A DNA stretch of 64,000 bases from Azolla caroliniana. Its lineage: Eukaryota > Plantae > Polypodiophyta. The stretch covers positions 11,842,001-11,906,000 of the forward strand of contig JBHGNT010000010.1 of assembly GCA_043228905.1 (NCBI GenBank), given 5' to 3'. Of this stretch, positions 11,823 through 23,652 are shown piece after piece. The position numbers were made by a program, and so were the translations under genes. How positions within the stretch are numbered: position 1 is the first letter of the stretch; every line of letters starts with the position of its first letter. The notes beneath the pieces were generated by a model that had not been told where the DNA came from, did no database searches, and was given only the letters and a program-made list of their open reading frames with translations.

Positions 11823-14135
11823 TCATCTTCGAAATTCATTTAATTGTTTCTTCGACCATGATGGGTTGGCTTCTTGAGTCTTTAGAAAATTTCCTATTTC
11901 TAACCATTGACCTTCATACTCCACATCTTTGAACATTATACTTACATTAAACTCATCATGAGGCGTAATAGATTCTTGATGAGCAAATTGATGGCTTGTA
12001 GTTGCCCAGTTCTTATCTTCAGTTTGCATCACCTTTTCATTTATGAACCTTGCCCTTGACAACATATCTGCAACTGGGTTGTCTTTTCCCTTTATATGCC
12101 GCAATTCTGGGTTCATGGTTCTGATGTATGCAATCCACCGAAGCATTGCAATATCTGGTGTCGTGCAACTTGCTATCATTCCAATGAGTGGCAAACAATC
12201 TGTTTCAACCACGACATCTGCTCCAACCAAGTAATCTCTATCTGTTTTTAATGCAGTAAGCAAACCCCACAATTCTCGTTTAACTTGTGCATAGTTTCTT
12301 TGTCTTTCATTTAATATCTTTGCTCCAAATCTGATAGCATATCGATGTTGGTCTTCATCTTCTTGGTTGATAACCCAACCGATCCCGATTGGGCTAGTAT
12401 CAACTGTTACTATAATTGGTCTTTCACCTTTGTAGTCTGGTTGACGAAGAACTGGTGCTTTCAGTAATGCTTCTTTCAGCTGTTGAACAACTTGTGTATG
12501 TTCATCAGTCCAAATAAACTTCTTTCCTTTTCTTAAAAGTTGGTAGAGAGGATCTGAGACATGTGCAAAGTGTGGTAACCAAATATGATAAAACACACAT
12601 GCACCCAAAAATCTTCTCACCTCTGTTACCGAGTCGCAAACTTCCTTCATATTTTGTATTGCGTTAATTTTGATCGGTGAAGGCTTTCTCCCATACCACC
12701 CACACATATGACCAACTATTAGAACTTCGTTTTGCCCAAAGCAAGACTTTGTTCCTGATAGTGTCAAATGTACCTGCTCAAGCTTATTTAAAATACTTTC
12801 ACAGTCATTAATGTGATCCATCACAAACTTTCTGCAACCATTTCCAACCATAGTCTCATCTTTCTCTCTTTCTAAGCATCCCTTAATAGGAATATCATCT
12901 AAAAATGGCATAGTTACCTTTGGGATGTATTCATGTAGAACTTTGTTAATTGCATTCATCATATGAGCAACCGAATTCGTCGCACCTTGAGGTAGAGTGC
13001 ACATTCGAACCAACCCAATTGGTGTTTTCATTGTTGTGATGTTGCGACTATCAATTGCTAGTTGAAATTGGTCGTATCCTGAATATAGGTCTCCCATAGA
13101 GTAAATCGCTCTTCCAGCAAACGCTTCCGCAAATTCATCAACGATCGGTCCAATTCCCGCATTTCGGATTGTGACTTTGTTGACTGGTTGTAGATCTTGA
13201 ATGAATCTTAGAGAACCATCTTTCTTTGGAACTGTGAACCATCTATTGGAGTATGGTGCATTTGAAGGCTCTAAAATCTTCATCTTGACTTTATCCTTCA
13301 GCAACTCCAACAATTGAGGTAATCGAGCTCTCGGTACTGCAATAGGTTTAAAATTCCAAGGAATATGAGGGATAGTAAATATTACCATTGGCGTCACCAC
13401 CTTTGGATTTACACAACCAATCTCCTCAGCTTTGAATGCAAACGCTTTCCCATGCCTAAAGATCATTTCTTTGAAAGTCACGATCTCTGATTGCAGAAGA
13501 AATTCACCCCTTCCGATTCTCAAGTTATTTATTGTCTCCGAAGTGAAGTGATGTCTGATCTTCTCTATTGGTCGAAGCATAGGCTCGGTTGCTGCTGCCT
13601 CCATCTTCTCTTCACTACCAATAGGTAATGGTACTGCAACAGGTTTGACCTTTTTATCTATTGTTTTGTATTTTGTATTACATAAACTTTCTACTTCTTC
13701 ATATTTACAATTATACCTATCAATCTCATAATACATATCAATTGAGTTTACATGTATCTTTCTAACATTCTCATCATCTTCTTTCAAATACATTTCTAAC
13801 TCTTCTAAAGTATTTGCAAAAGAAATTTCTTCCATAACACTTTCAATCTGCTCTTCCATTTCAAGTACTCCATTATCCTTCAATGCCTGCTGAAACAGAT
13901 TAGCATTCTTTTTCAAGTTCCTCTTGCATTCATACATCCTAGTCACACATATAGCACCACTTTTAGAAACATGAAATGACTTATTCATATGTTGTAATGC
14001 CCTATATGAGGGTCTTTTAATAATGGGACTATTGCAACCCTCACTCGCAACAGTCCTAGTCAAAAACCTGATTATCAAAATCATCATAGTCTTTTGGTAT
14101 TGAGTGATCACGAAGCTCTTGCTTGTTCCTCTCAT
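11823..14135 (-). CDS. pol: D reverse transcriptase and RNase H
   Basis: 770-aa ORF with LPQGATNS, FLDD, VTVDTS, YAQVKREL. Confidence 0.92.
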   Translation of the reverse strand: MRGTSKSFVITQYQKTMMILIIRFLTRTVASEGCNSPIIKRPSYRALQHMNKSFHVSKSGAICVTRMYECKRNLKKNANLFQQALKDNGVLEMEEQIESVMEEISFANTLEELEMYLKEDDENVRKIHVNSIDMYYEIDRYNCKYEEVESLCNTKYKTIDKKVKPVAVPLPIGSEEKMEAAATEPMLRPIEKIRHHFTSETINNLRIGRGEFLLQSEIVTFKEMIFRHGKAFAFKAEEIGCVNPKVVTPMVIFTIPHIPWNFKPIAVPRARLPQLLELLKDKVKMKILEPSNAPYSNRWFTVPKKDGSLRFIQDLQPVNKVTIRNAGIGPIVDEFAEAFAGRAIYSMGDLYSGYDQFQLAIDSRNITTMKTPIGLVRMCTLPQGATNSVAHMMNAINKVLHEYIPKVTMPFLDDIPIKGCLEREKDETMVGNGCRKFVMDHINDCESILNKLEQVHLTLSGTKSCFGQNEVLIVGHMCGWYGRKPSPIKINAIQNMKEVCDSVTEVRRFLGACVFYHIWLPHFAHVSDPLYQLLRKGKKFIWTDEHTQVVQQLKEALLKAPVLRQPDYKGERPIIVTVDTSPIGIGWVINQEDEDQHRYAIRFGAKILNERQRNYAQVKRELWGLLTALKTDRDYLVGADVVVETDCLPLIGMIASCTTPDIAMLRWIAYIRTMNPELRHIKGKDNPVADMLSRARFINEKVMQTEDKNWATTSHQFAHQESITPHDEFNVSIMFKDVEYEGQWLEIGNFLKTQEANPSWSKKQLNEFRR
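14007..14068 (-). promoter_or_regulatory. Frameshift pseudoknot, element D
   Basis: GGACTGTTGCGA/TTGCAATAGTCC stem; loop TGAGGG pairs with downstream CCCTCA. Confidence 0.7.
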
Positions 14136-16128
14136 GATTTGGGCGAACTGTCATAAATTGTACAGTTCGTCGTCCATCTTGGCTACGGATTTTTGCATAG
14201 GCAGAACCATTGTCGAGGACTTTGGTCTCCATTCGTACCGCTGTAATGTATGGTTGCCCCAGGATTATTGGATAGGTAGATCCTTCCTGCACAAAGAAAT
14301 GTTGACCTACCTCTATATCACCAATAGTAACCTTTACATTTGGGCATGCACCAAATAAATCTTCTGTGACTGATGTGGCAGCTTTTACTCGCCAACCATG
14401 TTGAGTATCAATTGGCCATCTACCTTTCCTGTAAAAATCAGCACTCATTATATTTATTTCAGAACCATGATCAATAAGTGCCATCACGGGGTCTGGAACA
14501 TTTCCAATCTTCACATGAGTCTCAGTAGTGGCTCTTGCCCAACATTTGCGAGAGTAATGGCTTCTTACATCTGTTGAATTTATCATTGAGGTTGATGCAT
14601 GTTGAGAGTCAACAACGATATTGTTTGACTCGTTGCTCACCACTTCATATGCCACCTTCGGATTTGTCTCTTTAACCTGCTCATTTACTTGCTTCTTTCT
14701 TCGCACAATATCAATTATTTCATCATGAAATTCCTTTTTTGCAATACCTAACACTTCTCTTAGTGTAAATTCTACTCGACTGTCTAGTATTCTTGTTTCT
14801 AAAACTTTCTTTAAATCTGTATCCTTTTCAATATCAGACATTAATTTGAATGAAGGACCAGATTTACCTTTTTCAACTTTTGCGTCCATCTCTTTTCTTT
14901 TGCTTTCTCTTGTTTCATGCTTTTTGGTTGAGCCAATCTCATCATCCGATCTTTTCCTTTTTTCTTCCACTATCACCTCATGCTCTTGGTGTTCTGCCAT
15001 CTGAGCATAGACTGTCATAACATCTACTGGAACATCCCATCCAGTGTTTTTCCTCACAGAATCTCCGGCAACACGAAGGTCTTCCATCTTCATCTTTTGC
15101 TTTTGTGCGGTACTTACAACCTTCTCCCAGAATGATGATCGGGATGGCATGTCATCGAGGCGCATTCCTGCCATTGCCGAGTAATACATTGCGGAAGCCT
15201 TCTTTGCTTCAGCTTCTTCAAATTTAACCTTAACACCACCATCACCAAAGTTCTTTGTAAGCGGAGATCTAGTTTCAGTTAAGTAAATGTTACCATTTTT
15301 CCAATAGACCAAGTCCCGATTCTCCATGTCTTTATATTCTTCACAATCACGTAGACGATGTTCGAGACTATCACACCACATGCATCGAGGTCGAAATGGT
15401 TCCCTTGACCTCGAAGTTTGACCATTCTCAAGCTTTGCCACTTTAATTGTTAGATCTTTCATACTTTGAACTAAATCATCAAGCAAAAACTCACTCTTAG
15501 TTCCCGTCATTTCTCGTGGTTGATGGACCATTTCGTGTGATGGTTCTCGACCAAGTCTTTGAACTTCAATGTTTTGCTCAAGCCGATTTGTGTTTCCCAC
15601 ATGTGGTATTTGTAGCATTACACCATTCCTTTGCATTCTTTTCATAAATTTATTACAAGCATTTGTTACCTCATTCCAATCTGTCGTTATACCATCCTCG
15701 GTATTTGGCACTTCAAGCATAAATTCCAATTCTTTTCTATATCTCTTGTCAACTGCCTGCAAAAATAAAGCAACCTTTTGCCAAGACAAAGAATTTCTTT
15801 CTTCTGGCTTTAGGTGTCCATACATCATATCAAACTCTTTTTTTGTGTCAGACACAGATAACCCTTTATCTTCTTTTAAGATCCATTCATGAAATGAACG
15901 CATAGTAACTCGAGAGAAATCCTCACGAGCATATTCAGACACAAGTGCTTCTTTGAATGCATTCCAATCCAAACTATGCAATGCTTGTATTTCATGAATT
16001 CTATCTCTTAATTCCATGTCCACTAATTTATAAAAGTTTGCTAACATATTGACATCATTTATACCAAACATTTCCATTTCATCATAATATATATTCACAA
16101 ACTTCGAAATATTTGTGCCATCAAACAT
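14056..16128 (-). CDS. gag: D gag-protease ORF
   Basis: Zn knuckle CMWCDSLEHRLRDC (CX2CX4HX4C), protease ALIDHGSEIN and IILGQPY in one 690-aa frame. Confidence 0.92.
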   Translation of the reverse strand: MFDGTNISKFVNIYYDEMEMFGINDVNMLANFYKLVDMELRDRIHEIQALHSLDWNAFKEALVSEYAREDFSRVTMRSFHEWILKEDKGLSVSDTKKEFDMMYGHLKPEERNSLSWQKVALFLQAVDKRYRKELEFMLEVPNTEDGITTDWNEVTNACNKFMKRMQRNGVMLQIPHVGNTNRLEQNIEVQRLGREPSHEMVHQPREMTGTKSEFLLDDLVQSMKDLTIKVAKLENGQTSRSREPFRPRCMWCDSLEHRLRDCEEYKDMENRDLVYWKNGNIYLTETRSPLTKNFGDGGVKVKFEEAEAKKASAMYYSAMAGMRLDDMPSRSSFWEKVVSTAQKQKMKMEDLRVAGDSVRKNTGWDVPVDVMTVYAQMAEHQEHEVIVEEKRKRSDDEIGSTKKHETRESKRKEMDAKVEKGKSGPSFKLMSDIEKDTDLKKVLETRILDSRVEFTLREVLGIAKKEFHDEIIDIVRRKKQVNEQVKETNPKVAYEVVSNESNNIVVDSQHASTSMINSTDVRSHYSRKCWARATTETHVKIGNVPDPVMALIDHGSEINIMSADFYRKGRWPIDTQHGWRVKAATSVTEDLFGACPNVKVTIGDIEVGQHFFVQEGSTYPIILGQPYITAVRMETKVLDNGSAYAKIRSQDGRRTVQFMTVRPNHERNKQELRDHSIPKDYDDFDNQVFD

Positions 16129-16274
16129 ACCAATATTCTCTCAGACTTCTCGTAAGGCATGAAATAATCGATCTTGATTCAACTTTTCAATAAACAACAT
16201 TACCGGATCCATTGTACTCGTACTTGCCATGTTGATGTTGATCTTTACTTTAGATGTCTCTTCTACTTCCCCGT

Positions 16275-16292
16275 TTCACGTCGGGTTCACCA
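16275..16292 (-). promoter_or_regulatory. PBS tRNA-Trp (D)
   Basis: Plus strand TTCACGTCGGGTTCACCA, 5 nt from the LTR. Confidence 0.9.
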
Positions 16293-16297
16293 AATTG

Positions 16298-17179
16298 TGT
16301 CGTGGCGTGGCTCGCCTAGAAGCGTAGCGTTGCGTAGACAAAGGATAACGTGAAAGTGAGGAAGGAATCACTGGGATTATGGACGGAAGAGACGAAAGAG
16401 TAGAGATAGATAAATAGTGATCAACAAGATATGACAAGATAGGATATAGAATGATATTTGAAGCAATAAAAGAGATTTATAATTATTTGATAAAAGAGTT
16501 ACAAAATGATTGTACACGTCGTTGAACCTCCGAACTTTGTCTTGCAAGGTAATCGCTCTTCTCTTTCTTGATCGTAGGCCACTACAATCTTCACTTCAAT
16601 ATTTTGATGAAGATAAGGCTCAAACCACCTCCCTCTTGTTGAGAGTTGACCACCACGACCGCCAAGCTAGAGCTCCACCTTTATGTTAAACTTCTTCCCT
16701 TCTTTATCTATTTTTGTGGTATCTCTTATGTAATACATAATTTGATTGATATCTCATACATATCCCCCTTTGATCTTCTCTTTCACCATTTAAATAGGTG
16801 CCCCCATGCATATGATGCATTGGAGGGTACAAATCATGCATGTAGTGCATGAAATGCATGTGATGCATGATCGCCATTTGGCGTTCATGCATTACATGTG
16901 ATGCATGATAAACATCTCGCTCATTTGAGCTTTTATGTATGAAACAATATATGCAATAAGAATAAACATGAAAACATAATCTTAAAGAGAAAGGGCCTAG
17001 CCTAATGGTAGGTGTGTTGACTTTAGTGTATGAGGTTGTGGGTTCCAGTCTCAAAATACTATTGAATACAACATGCAACTTTATGTTTATATCATGAAGC
17101 AAATCCTTTATGTAATATAAAGTATATATAAAGTATGCTTTATTTTATGAATATTATTAGTGTAGAGTAAATGGTAAGA
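16298..17179 (-). repeat. Element D 5' LTR, truncated by deletion
   Basis: Matches 9464-~10345, then switches abruptly to C pol. Confidence 0.88.
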
Positions 17180-19452
17180 ACTTTCGAACTTGCCGCTCCC
17201 TCCATATTAATCCATTTTCCAAGAAGAACTTTCGGACTTGCCGCTTCTTACTTCGGATCTCGGCTCTCTTCTCTTTATTGTCCGATGATTCCTCAATTTC
17301 TTTTAGCACTTTCCCGATCAGCAAGCTTTCTCCCTCGTATTCTTCTTCCCGGAATTCTCGGATTACGTTCACCCGGCATATGTGCTTCGAAGCAAAGTAG
17401 TCTTCAGAAACTTCTTCATTATCAAATTCGGTTATGTCATCTCCGAACCGCGCCCTTGATAGCATATCCTCTACCGCGTTGTCTTTTCCGGAGATGTGTC
17501 GTACCTCCGGATTAAGCGACTTAACAATGCAATCCATCTTAGCATAGCCACATCCGGTATCGTGCAACACCGCATCATCCCGAGTATCGGAAGACAATCC
17601 ATTTCGATCACTACTTCGGCTCCGATCAAATAATCTCGATTCGATTTGATTGCCGACACGACTCCCCATAATTCTCTTTTGACTTGTGCATATCCGCGTT
17701 GCCTTTCGTTGAGAACCTTTGCTCTGAATCGGATCAGATATCGCGAACCATCCGGATCGGCTTGATTGATGACCCATCCGATTCCGGTTGGACTTGTGTC
17801 AACTGTTACTATGATCGGTCGGTCATAGTTCGGCTTCTTTAGTGCTTTTGCCCTACGTAGTGATTTCTTGAGCTTCTTCACGGCTTTGGTATGCTCCAGT
17901 TTCCATTCGAACTTCTTACCCTTCCACAACAAGTGATAGAGTGGGTCCGCAATATGTGCATAGTGCAGAATCCCATATGTGGTAGAATGCACATGCTCCG
18001 AGAAACCTTCGGACTTCGGATTGTGACTCGCATATTTCTTTCATAGCTTGAAATGCATCGATCTTGATTGGTGACGGTCTTCGGCCGTAGGGCCCACATA
18101 GATGTCCGACTACCAATATTTCTTCTTGCCCGAATGCCGATTTCTCCCTGGAAAGTGTTAGGTGCACATCTTCTAACTTTCGAAGCACTTTCTCGCAATC
18201 GCGAATATGGTCGACTACGAACTTTCGGCATCTTCGATCATCCATAGTTTCATCTTTTTCTTCTACCGCGCATCCTTTCATCGGAATGTCATCTAGGAAC
18301 GGCATCATCATCTCTGGAATGCAGTCTCGAAGCATCTTGTTCATTGCATTCATCATATGTGCGACCGAGTTCGTCGCGCCTTGTGGTAGTGTACACATCC
18401 GGACTAATCCTATCGGTGTCCGCATGGTAGTGATGTCTCGGCTCTCCATGGCTAGTTGGAATTGGTCATACCCCGACCCAAGTATAGGTCTCCGATGGAG
18501 TATATCGCACGACCGACAAATGCTTCCGCAAATTCGTCCACTATCGGACCGACTCCGGAGTTCCAGATCGTCACCTTGTTCACCGGTTGCATGTCTTGGA
18601 TAAATCAGAGTGACCCATTCTTCTTCGGAACCGTAAACCATCGATTTGAGTACGGAGCGTTTGATGGCTCTAGAATCCCCATCACCACCTTCTCCTTGAG
18701 CAAGTTGATGATTTTCGGAATATGCGCCCATGGCACCGAAATCGGCTTCAGGTTCCACGACACATGGTCAATCATGAAGATCACCATTGACTCCACTATC
18801 TTTGGGTCAGCGCATCCTATTTCTTTCGATGTAAATGCAAATGCTCTCCCATGTCGCTCTAGCATCCCACGGAATCGTTCTTCTTCATTCTTTAATAGGA
18901 ACCCACCTCCACCGATCCGAAGTTTCTTCCGGGTCTCATCCATGAAGGCATGTCCGATATCCATGGACTTCCGAAGTGTCAGATCCCCCGAGACTTCTTT
19001 CCTCTTTTGTTCGCTATCGGCGGGTAATGGTCCTGCGGCCGGTTTCACCTTCTTCTCCACGGTCTTGTATTTCATACTTACCATTGCTTCTTCTTTGCGG
19101 AGCGCATCCGGCCCCATTTTCGCAATGATCTCGTACATCTCGACCGATTCCACCGGAATTACCTGGTTTCCCTGGCTTGTATCTTCTGCGAGCTCTTCAA
19201 GCCATTGTAGTGTGCTCCCATAGAACACTTCTTCGACTATTCCCACGATTTCTTCGTCTTCTTTTATTATTGATGCCGACCGTAACTTATCCTCCACTTT
19301 TTGGTATTCTTTCTTCATTCCTCCGGTTACGGCTGTGTACGTGGATGCCCCATCCGGACCGATTCGTACTTGTTTTGCTCCGAGAGGTTTCTTCCTGTGT
19401 GGGGTATCAGGGCTTCTTGGACTATCACTTCCCCACTCCGCAACAGTCTGCT
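17180..19452 (-). pseudogene. pol: C pol (RT-RNase H), frameshifted
   Basis: WFTVPKKNGSL, LPQGATNS, FLDD and VTVDTS spread over several frames. Confidence 0.88.
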
Positions 19453-19462
19453 CTAAAAATTC
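19399..19462 (-). promoter_or_regulatory. Frameshift pseudoknot, element C
   Basis: GAATTTT-TAG, stem GACTGTTGC/GTGATAGTC (G-U pairs), loop GTGGGG pairs with CCCCAC. Confidence 0.65.
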
Positions 19463-21516
19463 ATTCTTGTTTGGGACAAGAGCTCTCTCTTGTTCCTTTC
19501 ATGATTTGCCGGCACCGTTAGGAATTGGACGGATTTCCCTCCGTTTTGGCTCCGAATTCGTGCAAAAGCCGCACCGCTATCGAGCACCTTCGTCTCCATC
19601 CGTGAAGCCATGATAAAGGGTTGCCCGCGGATCACGGAGTGTGAGACCTCGTCTTGTACGAAGAAATTTTGGTCGATCTCGACATCCCCGATCTTCACTG
19701 TCACATTCGGACAAGCCGCAAATAGATCTTCCGTTGCTTTAGTGGCCGCCTGGATCTTCCATCCATGATTGGTGTTAATAGGCCACTTCCCCTTCCGGTA
19801 GAACTCCTTAGACATCAAATTGATCTCCGATCCGTGATCAATCAATGCTAGCACATGCTCTTTGATGTTGCCGATTCAGACTGGAGTTTCGGTAGTTGCA
19901 CATGCCCAATGTGGCTTTGTATAGTGGGAATTCGGAATCTCGTCCTCCACTTCGGTGTCGTTCATTAGAACGGTATTTGCATTCACCATCGGCACATTTT
20001 CCTCCGTAGTTTGTCTTTTTCTTTTTACGAGATCCACAAGAAGATCATGGAACTCCTTCTTCGCTATTCCGAGTAATTCCCGAAGCGAAAATTCTACCCG
20101 GCTATCGAGGATTCTCTCTTCGAAAACCTTTGTCAAGTCCGTTTGTTGTTCGATGTCCGAGGCGAGCTTGAATGCCGGAATTGTCTTTTCTTTTCCCTTC
20201 CCTTCGGAGTTCCAGCTTTCCGGTGTCTTTGATGGTCCGACCGCATCATCCGTGCGCCGTTGTTTTTCATCCACATACACTTCATGCAATTGACATAGCG
20301 CATGTACGCTATTCATATCTACGGGGCACTACCATCCTGTAGCTTCCCGGATACATTCCGCGGCGCTTCAGATTTCATCATGGTCGGCTTTCTTCGAAAT
20401 TTCTAACACTTCCGGTCAAAAAGACGCCTTTGCTACAGATGACTCCCCCACACGTATTCCCGCGGTTGTCGCATAATTGTCTTTTGCTGCGATCTCCTCC
20501 TCTAGGACCTTCTTCATGCCGCCTTTCCGGAAGTTCGGTCGGAGTGGCTTCCAAGAATCCATCGAATGAATCCGATTTCCCTCATAGTAGATAAGATCCC
20601 ATCGTAGCGCTTCCTTGTGCTCGTCGCAATTCCTCTGATCATGTTCAGTGCTATCGCACCATATGCACCAACGGTCCATATACTTGGAGCTTGTGGGACG
20701 GTCATCCGACTTCTTTACCATTGCGATTTTTAGATTCTCCATCTCCTTCAACAACTGCTCCACCGTAGTTGCGTTGATTCCCTTCTCGGTCGTAGCTTCC
20801 CGAGCCCGCGGTTAATGGTCTTTTGATCCGGATCTCGATTTCGGAATCGGTTCCGAAACCCTCTTTTCTTCGTTGGCAAGCCATTGCCCCCTCTTTGTGT
20901 ATTGCGCGACGATATCCCACACGCTTTCCCATGTTACGGTGAGGCCACTCTTGGTAGTCGTGTCCTCTAGAAGGACTCCAAGATCCTTCCGGTCCCGGAC
21001 GTCTACGGCTCGTAAGAACATGATAACTTTGTCCGTTGCGAGGATAGCTTGATCTCTCGCAGACAACCTCCCGAACCGACTTTCGAATGCCGAAAACACA
21101 TCGAGGACCTTCATCCCCTTGTCCGGCGTTTCCACCCAATCCTCGAATCCTCTCCGCATTGCCTTGGAGGAGTCCTCGATAGCGAACGTGGTCTTTAACA
21201 CCTCTTCGAACACTTCCCACGTCGGATTTTGTTGTCGTAGCCCGTGGATACTTGCTTGAAGCCCATCAATAGCTACCCGGTTGAAGGATGTCACTTGCAG
21301 TCCTTCCAAAATCCCACACCGTATCATTTCCGCCTTGTAGTCCCGAAGATAGCGTGATACGTCCTTTCCGTTGAATTGCCCGATCCGTTGCACGAGCCGC
21401 TCTACTGCCGCCGCTATCTCCGACATCGCACGTTGTTCTGGAAGCATCCACTTGAACATCATCATCATGTTGTTAGCCTCTGATTGATTTTCCATCTCCT
21501 TGCCACCCATTTTCAT
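19453..21516 (-). pseudogene. gag: C gag-protease
   Basis: CIWCDSTEHDQRNC knuckle, ALIDHGSEINLM; stops and frameshift. Confidence 0.88.
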
Positions 21517-21529
21517 GTCGGGTTCACCA
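21512..21529 (-). promoter_or_regulatory. PBS tRNA-Trp (C)
   Basis: Plus strand TTCATGTCGGGTTCACCA (one mismatch). Confidence 0.85.
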
Positions 21530-21533
21530 ATTG

Positions 21534-22269
21534 TGTCGTGTCTTTGGGCTCCGGATCGTTGCGTGAGTCAGGCGGGAACCACTGAGGTTTTGGACTAGGA
21601 GAAAAGGAAATTCTAAGGCAATGAAGAATATGAAATATGTTGTAAGAAAGAAAGATATGAAAAACTCGTGAATCCCACGAGTATAGTGTATTAGTGAGTA
21701 CTAAGATTAAGAGAGGAAAAAAAAAGTTAGCAAATTCGTGAATCCCACGATTATATAAATATTAATCCACCCTTGTAAAATAAGCAACAACCCCCCATAC
21801 ATCTTTCTCTCCTCCTTATATAAGGATGGAAGAGGCTAAGCATAGCTTCATGCTTTTTCTAAAGTGTTCATGCACACTAAATGTGCATGAGTTGCCTTTT
21901 TACACTATGCTTTTATTTCCTAAATATAGTGCTCATGCTCGCTAGATGTGCACGAGTCATTTTTTATTGGTGTACATTTTTCTTATAAATAAAGTATTCA
22001 CGCATTCTAAAAAATGCATGACTTACCTTTTAATAAAGGTAGGCGTAAATAAAGGTCTTATACATATTAAATCTATATTTAAAACACTTAGGATAAGTTA
22101 GTACAATGGTAAGGTTGGGGTTTGTCTATGTGGAGGTATAGGGTTTGAATCCTGCCCTATGCATGTAATAAATATTTTTAATATTTTATTTTATTTATTA
22201 TACGTACTTTAAATCGGATATAGTAATTTACATATTTCACATAGTGTGTGTGTGATTCACACTACGACA
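21534..22269 (-). repeat. Element C 5' LTR
   Basis: Direct repeat of 7260-7991; A/B-box module at 22099-22152. Confidence 0.92.
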
Positions 22270-23591
22270 ACGTTCCTTGTTTCATGTCTTTTTGATGGGC
22301 CTTGCTCTTCTATTCTTTTTCTCTTTTCTTCGACGAACACCTCGTGGTTGTCGCACATCACCTCTGCAAGTATGGTGTTGTCGTCCACCAGATCTGACCA
22401 TCCGGTTATACTTTGTACACTTCGATCTGCAAGCTCTACTTCGTTCGAAGTGAGTTTTCCCTTCTTCTCATATTCGAGAACGGAAGTCCAGAACTTTGCT
22501 CCCGCTCTAGCAACTTCAGTCTTGTCTTTCCCGACTCTTATTCCGGCCGACGCAGCATAGTGCATCACATCCACATGAGTCACATCGGCATCCTCCATAG
22601 ATCTCTTCATTCCCCCTCTTCCAAAATTCACCTGTAGGGGTCTTCGAGTTTCAGTCGAGCAAATCATGTTGTCCTCTATGTATAGGATATTTTGTCGGAT
22701 TGCCTCTCGAAGGCTCGCACAATCCCTTCTCATGTGGTCCATGCTATCGCACCACACACATCTAAAGGGTTCTTTTCCTTTAGGGCCCCGACGATTCATG
22801 TTCGCTAGCGTGACCTTCTCAAACTTCTTCGCTAGCTCTTCGATGATGTCGTCATCAATATTCTTTTCTTCCACATTACTTTGTCTTGGCGGCTCAGCTA
22901 CTTTCGGCGGTCTTGCTTTCTCCGTGGTAGTCGATCCTTTCAAGTCGGTGTCATCAACCCATTGGCGACGCTTGTTGAGCGTATTGCATGCTTGCTTCAC
23001 TATAATCTAGTCCGCTACGAGCCCATTTGCTTGGGTATCGTCTTCGAGAAGAGTCTCCAACTCCCGTCTATGCTTCATGTCCACGGCCTTCAAGAAGTAC
23101 AAAGTCTTGTCCTCTTCAAGCAACACTTGGTCCATGTTGGGGAGACGACTAAACATCTGGTCGAATTCATCGTACACCCTCGAGGCGCTCATCTTCTTAT
23201 TCTTCTTCTCTATCCACTATATCAGGGCATGTCGAGTCATCTTCGTTGAGTCCTCAGTTGTGAACACCGCTAGTATTGTTTTCTCGAACTCGGACCATGT
23301 TGTCTTACCTTCTTGAAGTTCAATGACGCGTCTTTGGACGTTGTTGGCGACAACTCTCTTGAAGCTTGCGATTTGACGTGCTTCGGACACGTCCCTCTGA
23401 TTCATCTCCCTTCTATATGTGTCAAGGAACTTTGTAACGTTCCTTCCATCAAATTGACCCTCGAGCTCTACGACACGGTCGACAACCTTCTCCACACTCG
23501 CATCGTTGTCTCGAGATCTCATCATTTGTTCAACGATTAGCATCATCCTTTTGAGCTCTCCCGCTTGGTTTCTTGAGGACGCCATCTCCAA
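22270..23591 (-). pseudogene. gag: B gag N-terminal part
   Basis: GQFDGRNVTKFL; CVWCDSMDHMRRDC knuckle; internal stops. Confidence 0.88.
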
Positions 23592-23626
23592 GTATTAATC
23601 TCGGCTTGATCCTTCCTACTGCCTCT

Positions 23627-23644
23627 TTCACGTCGGGTTCACCA
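23627..23644 (-). promoter_or_regulatory. PBS tRNA-Trp (B)
   Basis: Plus strand TTCACGTCGGGTTCACCA, 8 nt from the LTR. Confidence 0.9.
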
Positions 23645-23652
23645 CTTAATTA

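Larger units (their letters stand above)
9464..17179 (-). mobile_element. Element D: young, nearly intact Ty3/Gypsy element with truncated 5' LTR
   Basis: 3' LTR 9464-10564 and 5' LTR 16298-17179 differ at only about five visible positions; PBS 16275-16292; PPT 10565-10580; long ORFs. Confidence 0.93.
7260..22269 (-). mobile_element. Element C: Ty3/Gypsy LTR retrotransposon nested in B gag
   Basis: LTRs 7260-7991 and 21534-22269, PBS 21512-21529, PPT 7992-8004, TSD gcgt/acgt; part of INT deleted. Confidence 0.92.
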
